Source: a virus. Taken from it: a stretch of DNA of 47,284 nucleotides. Under the pieces are notes generated by a model. The model saw only the letters and a list, made by a program, of their open reading frames with translations, was not told the origin of the DNA and did not search any database. This document shows positions 7,360-15,321 of the stretch, piece after piece. The translations under genes were made by a program, and so were the position numbers. Position 1 is the stretch's first letter. Every line of letters begins with the position of its first letter. Location of the stretch: the IMG/VR virus record IMGVR_UViG_3300045988_065468, positions 1 to 47,284 of that record; one strand, given 5' to 3'.

Positions 7360-8493
7360 ATGAAAACAAGAAACATTATTTCAGTAAAGAAAGTTGATAA
7401 CAAAGCAGTATGTGAGATTAAAACAGATTTTGGTACAGTTACAGTAAAACGTACATTTAGAAAACATACAAAGGAAATCAGAGAATTACAGAAACAGAGT
7501 ATTTACTGTTTTGAAATACAGGGTATCTTGTATTGGTACAAGTTTAATGAACAGGGAATTGGAACACAGTACAAAGAACCAGAGAATTTCAGAGCAGAGG
7601 ACAGAACAACAGATGAGCTTAGAAGGACAGGAAGGAAAGACAAAGCAGTTGTTGATGGTAGCGTAGAATTAAGAATACCAGAGGTGAAGAAACCAGAACC
7701 AATCAAAAAGGAAGAACCAAAAGAAGATTGGAACAAAGAAGTAAAACACAGCAAGTTTGAAATGATTAAGGCTTGTATCGAGAATGACATTCCAGTATAT
7801 CTTGCAGGACCAGCAGGAAGTGGAAAGAACTACACATTGGAACAAATCAGTTGGGAACTTGGATTAGAGTTCTACTTTACAAACAGTGTTCAGCAGGAAT
7901 ACAAGTTAACAGGATTTATTGATGCAGGTGGAACATACCATGAAACAGAGTTTTACAAGGCATTTAAAAACGGTGGAATTTTCTTCCTTGACGAAATGGA
8001 TGCAAGTATTCCAGAAGTTCTGGTTTTACTCAATGCGGCAATCGCAAACAGATACTTTGAGTTTCCAAATGGTAAAATCAAAGCACACAAAAACTTCCGA
8101 GTTGTTGCGGCAGGAAACACAGTTGGAAGTGGTGCAGATGAAATGTATACAGGACGTCTGGTATTAGACCAAGCAACTCTGGATAGATTCGCAATCATTG
8201 ATTTTGATTACGACAGAAACATTGAAATGCACATTGCAAAAGGAAACAAAGAACTTGTTGATTTTGTGGAAGCAATCAGAACAGAAGCAAATACAAATGG
8301 AATCAGAGCAACATTCTCCTATCGTTGTATTGGAATGGTAACTAAACTTGAAAGAACAGGACTGAATTTGAAAGACATTCTTGAAATTGCAGTATTCAAA
8401 GGAATGGAAAAAGATACAATTAACAATTTCAGATTGTATTCACTGAACAATAAATATAAAACAGCATTGAATGAATTACAGAGGGTAGCCTAA
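7360..8493 (+). CDS. AAA+ ATPase, CobS/MoxR (AAA_5)-like
   Basis: Walker A LAGPAGSGKN and Walker B IFFLDEMD are present. FRVVAAGNTVGSGADEMYTGRLVLDQATLDRF matches the CobS-type sensor region pattern. Confidence 0.75.
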   Translation: MKTRNIISVKKVDNKAVCEIKTDFGTVTVKRTFRKHTKEIRELQKQSIYCFEIQGILYWYKFNEQGIGTQYKEPENFRAEDRTTDELRRTGRKDKAVVDGSVELRIPEVKKPEPIKKEEPKEDWNKEVKHSKFEMIKACIENDIPVYLAGPAGSGKNYTLEQISWELGLEFYFTNSVQQEYKLTGFIDAGGTYHETEFYKAFKNGGIFFLDEMDASIPEVLVLLNAAIANRYFEFPNGKIKAHKNFRVVAAGNTVGSGADEMYTGRLVLDQATLDRFAIIDFDYDRNIEMHIAKGNKELVDFVEAIRTEANTNGIRATFSYRCIGMVTKLERTGLNLKDILEIAVFKGMEKDTINNFRLYSLNNKYKTALNELQRVA

Positions 8494-8512
8494 AATGGCT
8501 ACCTGTTCTGTT
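8483..8512 (+). terminator. Hairpin at the 3' end of the ATPase gene (weak terminator candidate)
   Basis: Stem is ggtagcc/ggctacc (7 bp plus G-U) with the stop codon in the loop. The downstream U-tract is poor. Confidence 0.35.
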
Positions 8513-8553
8513 ATCTGGAACAAAACAAAATTGAAAAAGTTTTACAAAACGTG

Positions 8554-8582
8554 TTGACTGATTCCTATACTTGTGTTACTAT
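8554..8582 (+). promoter_or_regulatory. SigA-type promoter (TTGACT-N17-TACTAT, TGn) of the ATATAATCAAGTTAA class
   Basis: gtgTTGACTgattcctatacttgtgtTACTATataatcaagttaaagg. Confidence 0.55.
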
Positions 8583-8613
8583 ATAATCAAGTTAAAGGAA
8601 GGAGGAAAGCAAG

Positions 8614-8943
8614 GTGTATAAATTTTCTGTCTATTGGACAGACAAAATAAAAATAGATTTCCTACAGAGGGTTATTCTTATACACAGTTATCTGTACTAT
8701 GAAGCGGACAACAGTGTATGGACAGACAAAAAGTATGATGAAGTTGCAAAACAACTTACCAACATACAGAACAAACATACAAAGTCATGGATAAAACAAA
8801 CAACACAATATGGGTATTGTTTTTATGATTTTGATGGAACAACAGGGTTTGACTTATGTGATAGGTTGAAACAGAAAGACAGACAGATGATAAAAGGAAT
8901 TGCAGAAAGGATTGTGAAGGGGTGTGATAGAAAGTGTCCATAA
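8614..8943 (+). CDS. Hypothetical protein (109 aa) with a motif resembling NAD-dependent ligase domain Ia
   Basis: GTG start after aaggaggaaagcaag. LIHSYLYYEADNSVWTDKKYDEVAKQL resembles the LigA N-terminal YY..D.P.isD.eYD.L pattern, recalled from memory. Confidence 0.5.
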   Translation: MYKFSVYWTDKIKIDFLQRVILIHSYLYYEADNSVWTDKKYDEVAKQLTNIQNKHTKSWIKQTTQYGYCFYDFDGTTGFDLCDRLKQKDRQMIKGIAERIVKGCDRKCP

Positions 8944-9131
8944 AAGAATGTATTGACAGTTATTCTTTCCGAGTGAGTGAACAGGAAACAATGTTCCGAG
9001 ATTTGTTTGGAAGAGAAGAATTAAAAGAAGCAAGAAAAAGGTACTATGCAGAACATCATGATGTTATAGATTACCTTACATATCTAAAACGTGAAACAGA
9101 AAGGAAATTAAGGGAACAGGATGGTGATTAA
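8934..9131 (+). CDS. Hypothetical protein (65 aa)
   Basis: Track ORF with a GTG start overlapping the upstream end. Confidence 0.45.
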   Translation: MSIKECIDSYSFRVSEQETMFRDLFGREELKEARKRYYAEHHDVIDYLTYLKRETERKLREQDGD

Positions 9132-9137
9132 AAGAAC

Positions 9138-9704
9138 ATGAATAAGCGTTCTACCAAGTTTTATCGGAAAAATGAAGCAGAGGTTATGAAACGGTTAGGA
9201 TTTAAGCCAACAAAGAACAGTGGAGCCGGATGGATTGAGAAGTGCGATGGACAGAGTGAATTGTTTATCTGTGAGTTAAAATCTACAGATAAAGAAAGTT
9301 ACACACTAAAACAAAAAACATTACAGGAGCTAGAGTATCATGCTTGCGTAGCTCATAAGACACCAATATTCGCTTTACAATTCTTGAATCGTGATGAAGT
9401 CTGGGTAGCAATCACAGAGGAAGAGTTCAAAGAGTTTATCGAGTTTAAAAAACAAAAGCAATTAGAAAAGCATTTATCTCCATTATTAGAACAAGAAGAA
9501 TGTTTTAATATTTCTGTTGACAACGAGGACGATACCTGTTATAATATGATTGTAAGCGATAGGAACGCAGGAAAGTCCTATCTTGCTCGGCAGGCTTACA
9601 TGAAACAAAGGGAGAAGGAAAGAACAGAACAAGAACAGAAGTTCAAACAAAGAATGAAGGAGAAAAACAGAGAAAGGAGAAAACAGGTTGGAAAAGAAGT
9701 TTAA
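9138..9704 (+). CDS. PD-(D/E)XK nuclease, Hjc/resolvase-like, with a Lys/Glu-rich tail
   Basis: RLGFKPTKNSGAGWIEKCDGQSELFICELKST gives a D-x8-E-L-K arrangement like archaeal Hjc-type resolvases. Confidence 0.45.
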   Translation: MNKRSTKFYRKNEAEVMKRLGFKPTKNSGAGWIEKCDGQSELFICELKSTDKESYTLKQKTLQELEYHACVAHKTPIFALQFLNRDEVWVAITEEEFKEFIEFKKQKQLEKHLSPLLEQEECFNISVDNEDDTCYNMIVSDRNAGKSYLARQAYMKQREKERTEQEQKFKQRMKEKNRERRKQVGKEV

Positions 9705-10071
9705 ACAGAAGGGCATTGCAACCTTTGAAGGGTTAAGCATTGGAAAAAACAAAACCGTACAGTTAAAGTTCAAACTCCGTTATGATGAAATTCTAACAAG
9801 TGTAGAATTGTTACAGGGGTTAAACAATGATATTACAGTTCATGCCAAAACAGCAACAGGAAATCCAATGAGTTTAGGAATCTTTACAATTGGTGCAGTG
9901 AACTTTGACAAAGATGGAAATGCAACCATTCCATTCAAGTCCTTAGTCGACAATGTAAATTTAGACAATATTTGTATGTTGGTAGATGAGGATTATATTC
10001 AGTTACGTTTCCAAGCAATCATTGAACTCCCAGATACTAGCGAAGGGGGTGGGGAAGAATGGGAAGATTAA
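9688..10071 (+). CDS. Hypothetical protein (127 aa)
   Basis: Track ORF with a TTG start overlapping the upstream end. Confidence 0.45.
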   Translation: MEKKFKQKGIATFEGLSIGKNKTVQLKFKLRYDEILTSVELLQGLNNDITVHAKTATGNPMSLGIFTIGAVNFDKDGNATIPFKSLVDNVNLDNICMLVDEDYIQLRFQAIIELPDTSEGGGEEWED

Positions 10072-10349
10072 CTTATAAGGAACTGTCAAAACAGAAATTT
10101 AAAGAACAACGTAATGTTGTAATTTCAGAAGCGTTTGACAGGGAAAACAAATCACTCGGTTATTCTATTGCAGAACAGTTAGTGACAGAAGAAGATGGAA
10201 AAGAAATCAAAGTGTTCCTAAAGGGTGGACTTGGCATTGTGGACGCAGAAGGGTTGTTACAGTTGAAGGAAGCGGTTGACAATGCATGTATCAAGTTAGG
10301 TCTAATGATTGAATGTCATTCCTGCGAGTGTTCATGTGAAGAAAAATAA
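10059..10349 (+). CDS. Hypothetical protein (96 aa)
   Basis: Track ORF with an ATG start overlapping the upstream end. Confidence 0.5.
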   Translation: MGRLTYKELSKQKFKEQRNVVISEAFDRENKSLGYSIAEQLVTEEDGKEIKVFLKGGLGIVDAEGLLQLKEAVDNACIKLGLMIECHSCECSCEEK

Positions 10350-10366
10350 AAAGTTACAAAAATGTG

Positions 10367-10395
10367 TTGACACATAGAACAAAGAGTGATATAAT
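10367..10395 (+). promoter_or_regulatory. SigA-type consensus promoter (TTGACA-N17-TATAAT, TGn)
   Basis: gtgTTGACAcatagaacaaagagtgaTATAATaaagg. A purine-rich leader of about 115 nt follows. Confidence 0.65.
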
Positions 10396-10515
10396 AAAGG
10401 CATCGAAGGAAAGGGAATGAACTTTCTGGTGATAGAAACAAAGAACAACAAGAGAAGTAGGAGAAAAACAGAGAAACAGAAAATCAAATTAAAAAAAAGA
10501 AAAGGAGAAAACAAA

Positions 10516-11196
10516 ATGGCAACAAATTGGAGCGCATACGAAGCGGCAAAAGAAATCATGGGAAGCAACAAGGAAAATATTGCAGAGATTGGAAGTAGAT
10601 TTCCACTGTTTACAAGAACCGTATCAATGGCAAACAGCGAGTATGTTCTTGACCTTCTGAAAGCAATTCCGAAGGTAACAGCAAGAGTTATTGAAACAGG
10701 ATTAAAAGACATTAATGATGTGGAAGCAGAAGCAGAGGAAGCTGTAGAAGAAACACAGGAGAAGGAAACAAAAGCGAAGAAAGAAGCAAAGGCGGCAGGA
10801 AAAACAAAAGCGAAGAAAGAAGTAGAAACAGAGGATGATGCAGAGGATGATGATTATGAAAACATGACATCTAAATCACTGTACAAACTCTGCTGTGATA
10901 GAGGTATTTCTTCCCAGTGCAAGAAACGTGACAAAGCAAGCCTTATCGCTGTTCTGAAAGCAAATGATGGTGCGGCAGGAGAAGATGAAGATGGCTGGGG
11001 AGATGAGGACGAGGAAGAAACAGACCCATATGCAGGAAAGACTGCAAAAGAACTGTTTAAGATGTGTTCCGACAGAGGAATCAAAACAAAGCCGAAACAG
11101 TCAGCAGATGCTTATGTGAAACTTCTGAAAAAGGCTGATGAAGCAGAAGCCGAAACAGAGGATGAAGATGACGAGGATGACGACTGGGAGATTTAA
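10516..11196 (+). CDS. Acidic protein with two HeH/SAP (Rho-N-like) motifs and an SSB-like acidic Trp-ending C-tail
   Basis: ATG at 10516 follows aaaggagaaaac. Motifs are SLYKLCCDRGISSQCKKRDKASLIAVLK and AKELFKMCSDRGIKTKPKQSADAYVKLLKK. The protein ends EDEDDEDDDWEI. Confidence 0.6.
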   Translation: MATNWSAYEAAKEIMGSNKENIAEIGSRFPLFTRTVSMANSEYVLDLLKAIPKVTARVIETGLKDINDVEAEAEEAVEETQEKETKAKKEAKAAGKTKAKKEVETEDDAEDDDYENMTSKSLYKLCCDRGISSQCKKRDKASLIAVLKANDGAAGEDEDGWGDEDEEETDPYAGKTAKELFKMCSDRGIKTKPKQSADAYVKLLKKADEAEAETEDEDDEDDDWEI

Positions 11197-11245
11197 TTCA
11201 ATCGGTATGAACAGTATGCATTAGCAGTATAAAGTATAAAACAAA

Positions 11246-11282
11246 GGCAGGTAGGTTGGAAACAGAACTTACTTGCCTTTTT
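11246..11282 (+). terminator. Intrinsic terminator
   Basis: 12-bp stem ggcaggtaggtt/aacttacttgcc (2 G-U pairs), 8-nt loop, then ttttt. Confidence 0.75.
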
Positions 11283-11299
11283 GTTTAGGAGAGCAGAAC

Positions 11300-11689
11300 A
11301 TGAAAACAGAGGACATTTTAAATTTGGATTGTACAAAAGGAAATAACTTAGAACAGATTAACAAATTCTTATGGAAAGTAAAACCTGTCGCAAGGATTCT
11401 GGAAAAGAATCATTACACAAAAACCGAGCAAGCACCATTGGAATTATTGGAACAGGCGTTGCATGGAATCATGTTACGATATGGATACAGAACACAGGGA
11501 ATCAATAGTTATTATGAAGAAAAAGAGGACAAGGGGAACAGATTCGTTTTCTACACAGTAAGTGTCTTGAAAACAAGAGAGACAAGAGAATGGATTGGAA
11601 ATGTATATGGTAAGACTATGTGGGAAACGGTTGCAAAAATCATCATAAAAGTTTACGCAGATTTGAAGAAGGAGAAAGCAGAACAATGA
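11300..11689 (+). CDS. Hypothetical protein (129 aa)
   Basis: ATG at 11300 follows aggagagc, giving MKTEDILNL. The track start at 11273 lies inside the terminator. Confidence 0.55.
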   Translation: MKTEDILNLDCTKGNNLEQINKFLWKVKPVARILEKNHYTKTEQAPLELLEQALHGIMLRYGYRTQGINSYYEEKEDKGNRFVFYTVSVLKTRETREWIGNVYGKTMWETVAKIIIKVYADLKKEKAEQ

Positions 11690-12153
11690 AACAGATAATT
11701 TTTTATACAGATGGTGCTTGTAGTGGAAACCCCGGCGAAGGTGGTTGGGCGTATGTAGAAGTGATACCTTGCGACAGCGGAATCAAAACAAGCGTAGTAT
11801 CTGGAAACAAGAAACAAACAACAAATAATGAAATGGAACTGACAGCAGTTTATATGGCGTTAGTAAAAGCCTTTAAGAACAAAGCAAAACAGGTCACAGT
11901 ATATTGCGATAGTGCTTATGTTGTGAACGCTATAACAAAGGGTTGGTTAAAGAATTGGTACAACAATGGTTGGGTAACAAAGGAAGGAAAACCAATCAAG
12001 AACAAACGCATATGGGAGAAGATGTACTTACTTGTATATGAAAAGAAGTTAAACATAACAATGATGAAAGTAAAAGGACATAAAGGTGACCCCTTGAATG
12101 AATTGGCAGACAAAAGAGCAGTAGAAGCAAAACAGAGAATCATGGAGGGGTAG
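11686..12153 (+). CDS. rnhA: Ribonuclease HI
   Basis: ATGA overlap with the upstream stop. IFYTDGACSGNPGEGGWAY, NNEMELTAV, YCDSAYVVNA, VKGHKGDPLNELADKRA contain the D-E-D-D residues in RNase H order. Confidence 0.85.
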   Translation: MKQIIFYTDGACSGNPGEGGWAYVEVIPCDSGIKTSVVSGNKKQTTNNEMELTAVYMALVKAFKNKAKQVTVYCDSAYVVNAITKGWLKNWYNNGWVTKEGKPIKNKRIWEKMYLLVYEKKLNITMMKVKGHKGDPLNELADKRAVEAKQRIMEG

Positions 12154-12157
12154 AACA

Positions 12158-12526
12158 ATGTTGATAGCAGAGAAAGTATTAGAGAAAGATTTCAAAGGAA
12201 GAACAACAAAAGAAGCATATTTGAATTGTTGTAAGTGGCTATCTACCAATGTGATTGCTATAAATAATTCAAAACACATTACATACAAAATGGAGAAGAT
12301 TGAAACAGATGGCTGGGACAGAACTGTAAGATTAACATTATATGCTACAGCTGATGAAGAAGAAATATGCGAACGGAACTGCGACATATGTAAAGAGGTA
12401 ACAGGCAGTTTCTTCATGAAACAAAACAAATATATGTGTGAGGTATGTAAAGTACCATCGTATAGAAGAAGATTGAAAGATAAATTACATTTAATAAAAG
12501 AAGGGTTGAAAGGAAAGATATTATAA
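12158..12526 (+). CDS. Hypothetical protein with CxxC pairs (122 aa)
   Basis: Track ORF containing CDICKE and CEVCK. Confidence 0.5.
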   Translation: MLIAEKVLEKDFKGRTTKEAYLNCCKWLSTNVIAINNSKHITYKMEKIETDGWDRTVRLTLYATADEEEICERNCDICKEVTGSFFMKQNKYMCEVCKVPSYRRRLKDKLHLIKEGLKGKIL

Positions 12527-12930
12527 TGAGGAAGAGCAAGACAAAAAAGAAAAAAGGGAACAGCATATTTGTTGTGTTGTTACAAACGTTAGGTGAATTG
12601 TTGGCAACCTTTAAATATGGATTGATTGAGGAATTAGACAAGATTGCGGTATTGTTACAGATATTGATACCGATTGTGATTGCTAGGATGGATTTAAGCA
12701 CTCTTAAGATGTTGGTTGTGTCGTGCGTTCTGGTGGCGTGTGTAAAATACATTCGGGAAGTAGGGTACAAACTGAATCATGTAACAGAGAGAGGGCTTCC
12801 GATTCCATTACAGAGATTTACGGACAGAGACGAGAATGGGTTCATCAGCATAAAGGAAGAAGAAACACAAGAAGCAATGCTTTATTTATGTGATGTAGAG
12901 GACTATTTAAAAAGCAAAGGTTGGTTGTAG
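12526..12930 (+). CDS. Hypothetical membrane protein (134 aa)
   Basis: Basic N-terminus followed by hydrophobic segments (IFVVLLQTLGELL, LLQILIPIVIA, MLVVSCVLVACV). Confidence 0.5.
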   Translation: MRKSKTKKKKGNSIFVVLLQTLGELLATFKYGLIEELDKIAVLLQILIPIVIARMDLSTLKMLVVSCVLVACVKYIREVGYKLNHVTERGLPIPLQRFTDRDENGFISIKEEETQEAMLYLCDVEDYLKSKGWL

Positions 12931-12936
12931 TAAAAT

Positions 12937-13098
12937 ATGAAAGTACCATGTAAAAACTGTGCTAAACGGACAGTCGGATGTCACGCAGAGTGCAGAGAAT
13001 ATCGGGAGTTCCAGAGTGAAAATGAAAAGATAAAGAAGAACAGAGAGAATGATATCATCAATCGTTCTACCACATTTTGGGAAAAGTATTACAATTAA
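12937..13098 (+). CDS. Small Cys-rich protein (53 aa)
   Basis: Not in the track. Reads MKVPCKNCAKRTVGCHAECREYREFQSENEKIKKNRENDIINRSTTFWEKYYN, with TAA at 13096. Confidence 0.45.
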   Translation: MKVPCKNCAKRTVGCHAECREYREFQSENEKIKKNRENDIINRSTTFWEKYYN

Positions 13099-13101
13099 GT
13101 G

Positions 13102-13130
13102 TTGACAATCCAAACACAATGTGCTATAAT
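13102..13130 (+). promoter_or_regulatory. Perfect consensus extended -10 promoter, bracketed by a 14-bp inverted repeat
   Basis: TTGACA (13102-07), 17 nt, TGcTATAAT (13122-30). Inverted repeat caatccaaacacaa at 13106-13119 pairs with ttgtgtttggattg at 13148-13161. Confidence 0.7.
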
Positions 13131-13136
13131 TTGTTA

Positions 13137-13419
13137 TAGAAATGGAGTTGTGTTTGGATTGGCACAAGTAAGTGGTAGCCTATAAAGAAAATGCCTACCC
13201 ATAAAATAGAAATCGCAATGCCGCATTGTTGGTAGCCATTTATGAATCATGGTACAAGACACTTTAGATTTTATTTGTCCGTTTGGTGTAATCGTGAAAC
13301 ACTGTTGTAACTCGCGTAACTCGTAAACAATAAAACTGAATAATGTATCTATATGCGGCATTGCGGTTCACATAGATAAACAATAATAGACAAGGGCAAC
13401 CTTGTCTTATTGTGTATTT
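13137..13419 (+). ncRNA. Candidate ~280-nt noncoding transcript (or pac/cos-type packaging locus) upstream of terS
   Basis: There is no credible ORF. Bounded by the consensus promoter and a GNRA-loop terminator. A 13-nt long-range complement links 13214-13226 to 13353-13365. Other repeats: tggtagcc x2 (13173, 13230) and gtaactcg x2 (13307, 13316). Confidence 0.35.
13388..13419 (+). terminator. Intrinsic terminator candidate
   Basis: 8-bp stem agacaagg/ccttgtct with a GCAA tetraloop, then tattgtgtattt. Confidence 0.55.
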
Positions 13420-13469
13420 ATAGAACAAGACATAAAACATAAAACAAAGGCAGGAGGAAAACAAGAAAG

Positions 13470-13976
13470 ATGGGAAGAAGGAAAGGCAGAGAGGTAAAAG
13501 AAGCGAGTGAGAATCTGATACCAATGAATCAAAGAACACCAGAGGAACGGAAACGTATTTCCAGAATGGGTGTTGAAGCAAGGAAAAGGAAGAAAGAGCA
13601 GAACATGGCATTACAAAACTGTATGCGTCAATTGTTGGAGATGAAAACAAACAGCGATAAGAAAAAACAGGTATTACGTTCTTTTGGGTTTACAGATGAT
13701 GAACTTACCAATCGTTCATTATTAATGGTTGCATTGTTCCAAAAAGGATTAACTGGTGATGTTTCAGCAATAAAAGAAATCACAGACATGATGGACAAAT
13801 TAGATATGTTTGAAAACACAGGAAAGATAACAAGTAACGTAACAATCAATCTGGTTGCTAAAGGCGAAACATATCAACCAAATGAAGCAGATGAACAGGA
13901 AATCTGGGATGCAGAGAATGGAACGGACTTGATAGAAGATGATGACGAATGGGGGGATGACGTTTATGATGGATAG
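13470..13976 (+). CDS. terS: Terminase small subunit (putative)
   Basis: 168 aa. NLIPMNQRTPEERKRISRMGVEARKRKKE and ALFQKGLTGDVSAIKEITDMMD resemble Firmicutes-phage TerS patterns, recalled from memory. It has an acidic tail. No search was run. Confidence 0.5.
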   Translation: MGRRKGREVKEASENLIPMNQRTPEERKRISRMGVEARKRKKEQNMALQNCMRQLLEMKTNSDKKKQVLRSFGFTDDELTNRSLLMVALFQKGLTGDVSAIKEITDMMDKLDMFENTGKITSNVTINLVAKGETYQPNEADEQEIWDAENGTDLIEDDDEWGDDVYDG

Positions 13977-14184
13977 TGTCAGAGAAGCGTCAGGCGTTGA
14001 TATAGGGAGAGATTATGGCGTTATACTAATAAGTAATAACCTTAATGTAGAAAGTGGCTTAAAAGGGCAAATAAACGGCTTACAGAGGTTATCTGTTTTG
14101 GAATGGTTAAGGAAGCATACAGAACAAAATGAACTATTTTCCAAGAATATATTGACAAACATATCAGAACATGATATAATTTAA
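13966..14184 (+). CDS. Hypothetical protein (72 aa), doubtful
   Basis: ATG overlaps the terS end, in frame with track ORF 13939..14184. Its 3' end contains the next promoter. Confidence 0.25.
   Translation: MMDSVREASGVDIGRDYGVILISNNLNVESGLKGQINGLQRLSVLEWLRKHTEQNELFSKNILTNISEHDII
14152..14180 (+). promoter_or_regulatory. SigA-type consensus promoter (TTGACA-N17-TATAAT, TGn)
   Basis: atTTGACAaacatatcagaacatgaTATAATttaaa. Confidence 0.65.
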
Positions 14185-14204
14185 AATATAAAAGGAGTTA
14201 GAAC

Positions 14205-14615
14205 ATGAACAGAGCAGAGTTTAGAAGGGAACAGAGGGAGAAGAAGAAAGATAACAAAACATATACTTTAACAGCAAGGGAATTGGAACAGCTAGAACAA
14301 AGAATCCGAAAGGAAGAACAACAGAAAGCTAAACAAATCATTCTGGAACAGACAAAAGGTTTAGCAGAACAGATATTAACAATGATGTTAGTTATCCCAA
14401 CAAATGTATTGGTAGAATACTATTGGCAGAAGTCAGCAAAGAAACGTATACCAAGGTTTGTTGAAGATTGCATGAGCCTATATGAAGCATTTACAAGTGG
14501 TGTAGTAAAAATGTCTGACATGGTAGCACTCACAGAAGAATATGCAGGAATAAAATTAGTACAGAATGAACAGTTTTCTATGTTTGCAGAAAAGGTGGGA
14601 GAACATGAAAAGTAA
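14205..14615 (+). CDS. Hypothetical protein (136 aa)
   Basis: ATG follows aaaggag. The N-terminus is coiled-coil-like. Confidence 0.55.
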   Translation: MNRAEFRREQREKKKDNKTYTLTARELEQLEQRIRKEEQQKAKQIILEQTKGLAEQILTMMLVIPTNVLVEYYWQKSAKKRIPRFVEDCMSLYEAFTSGVVKMSDMVALTEEYAGIKLVQNEQFSMFAEKVGEHEK

Positions 14616-14778
14616 ATTACAGAAGGACATAGACAGTTATGTAAGAAAGTATGCAAAGAAGCATAACATAACAAAGAAACAAGCACTGACACATGAACGA
14701 GTGCAGAATGTGATTGCATGGTTAAAGTTAAGGGAAGGAGAACAGGAGCATGATAAAACAGAAAGTGGAACAATATAA
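14605..14778 (+). CDS. Hypothetical protein (57 aa)
   Basis: ATG at 14605 follows aaaggtggga, giving MKSKLQKDIDSY. Confidence 0.45.
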   Translation: MKSKLQKDIDSYVRKYAKKHNITKKQALTHERVQNVIAWLKLREGEQEHDKTESGTI

Positions 14779-14892
14779 CATTGATGTGGTTGATTTGGAA
14801 AAGGAATCTGCCGAATGAAAGAACAAAAGAATATAAAGACATTATGGAGTATTGTTATTTGAATAACATAACATTGTGTGAGGTGAAAATAG

Positions 14893-15222
14893 ATGGAAAC
14901 TAATACAGAATTAAAACAAATACAAATAAATAAATGTATAAGAGAACAAGCAGAACAGTTTGGATTAGAAAACAGAATGTTACAATGCACAGAAGAAGCA
15001 GGAGAACTTATACAGGCATTAAGCAAGTATCGGAGAATCAAACAGGGAGATAAAACTTGCCGTACAAATATGTGTCATGCAGAATACATGGTAGCAGAAG
15101 AAATGGCAGATTTAGAAATCTGTATAGAACAATTAAAGTGTCTGTTAGGAAACACAGAGCAGATAGAACAAATAAAAGCAGAAAAGGTACATAGAACAGA
15201 ACAACGTCTATATGAAGAATAG
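14893..15222 (+). CDS. MazG-like nucleotide pyrophosphohydrolase
   Basis: 109 aa. CTEEAGELIQAL...VAEEMADLEICIEQL matches the EExxE...ExxD MazG helix pair. Confidence 0.65.
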   Translation: METNTELKQIQINKCIREQAEQFGLENRMLQCTEEAGELIQALSKYRRIKQGDKTCRTNMCHAEYMVAEEMADLEICIEQLKCLLGNTEQIEQIKAEKVHRTEQRLYEE

Positions 15223-15321
15223 AATACATATAGTATATCAGAAGTATATACAGAACAATAGAACATAACATACCAACGAAAACTGAGAGAAAACAAAGAA
15301 CATAGAAAGGAATATAAAACA

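Noticed and set aside
11134-11160. CTGATGA...GAAAC string (ggctgatgaagcagaagccgaaac) resembling a hammerhead ribozyme core.
   Set aside because: The flanking complementary triplets (ggc/gcc) are in the wrong topology for stems II and III. The string lies inside an acidic coding repeat (KADEAEAETE), so it is a chance match.
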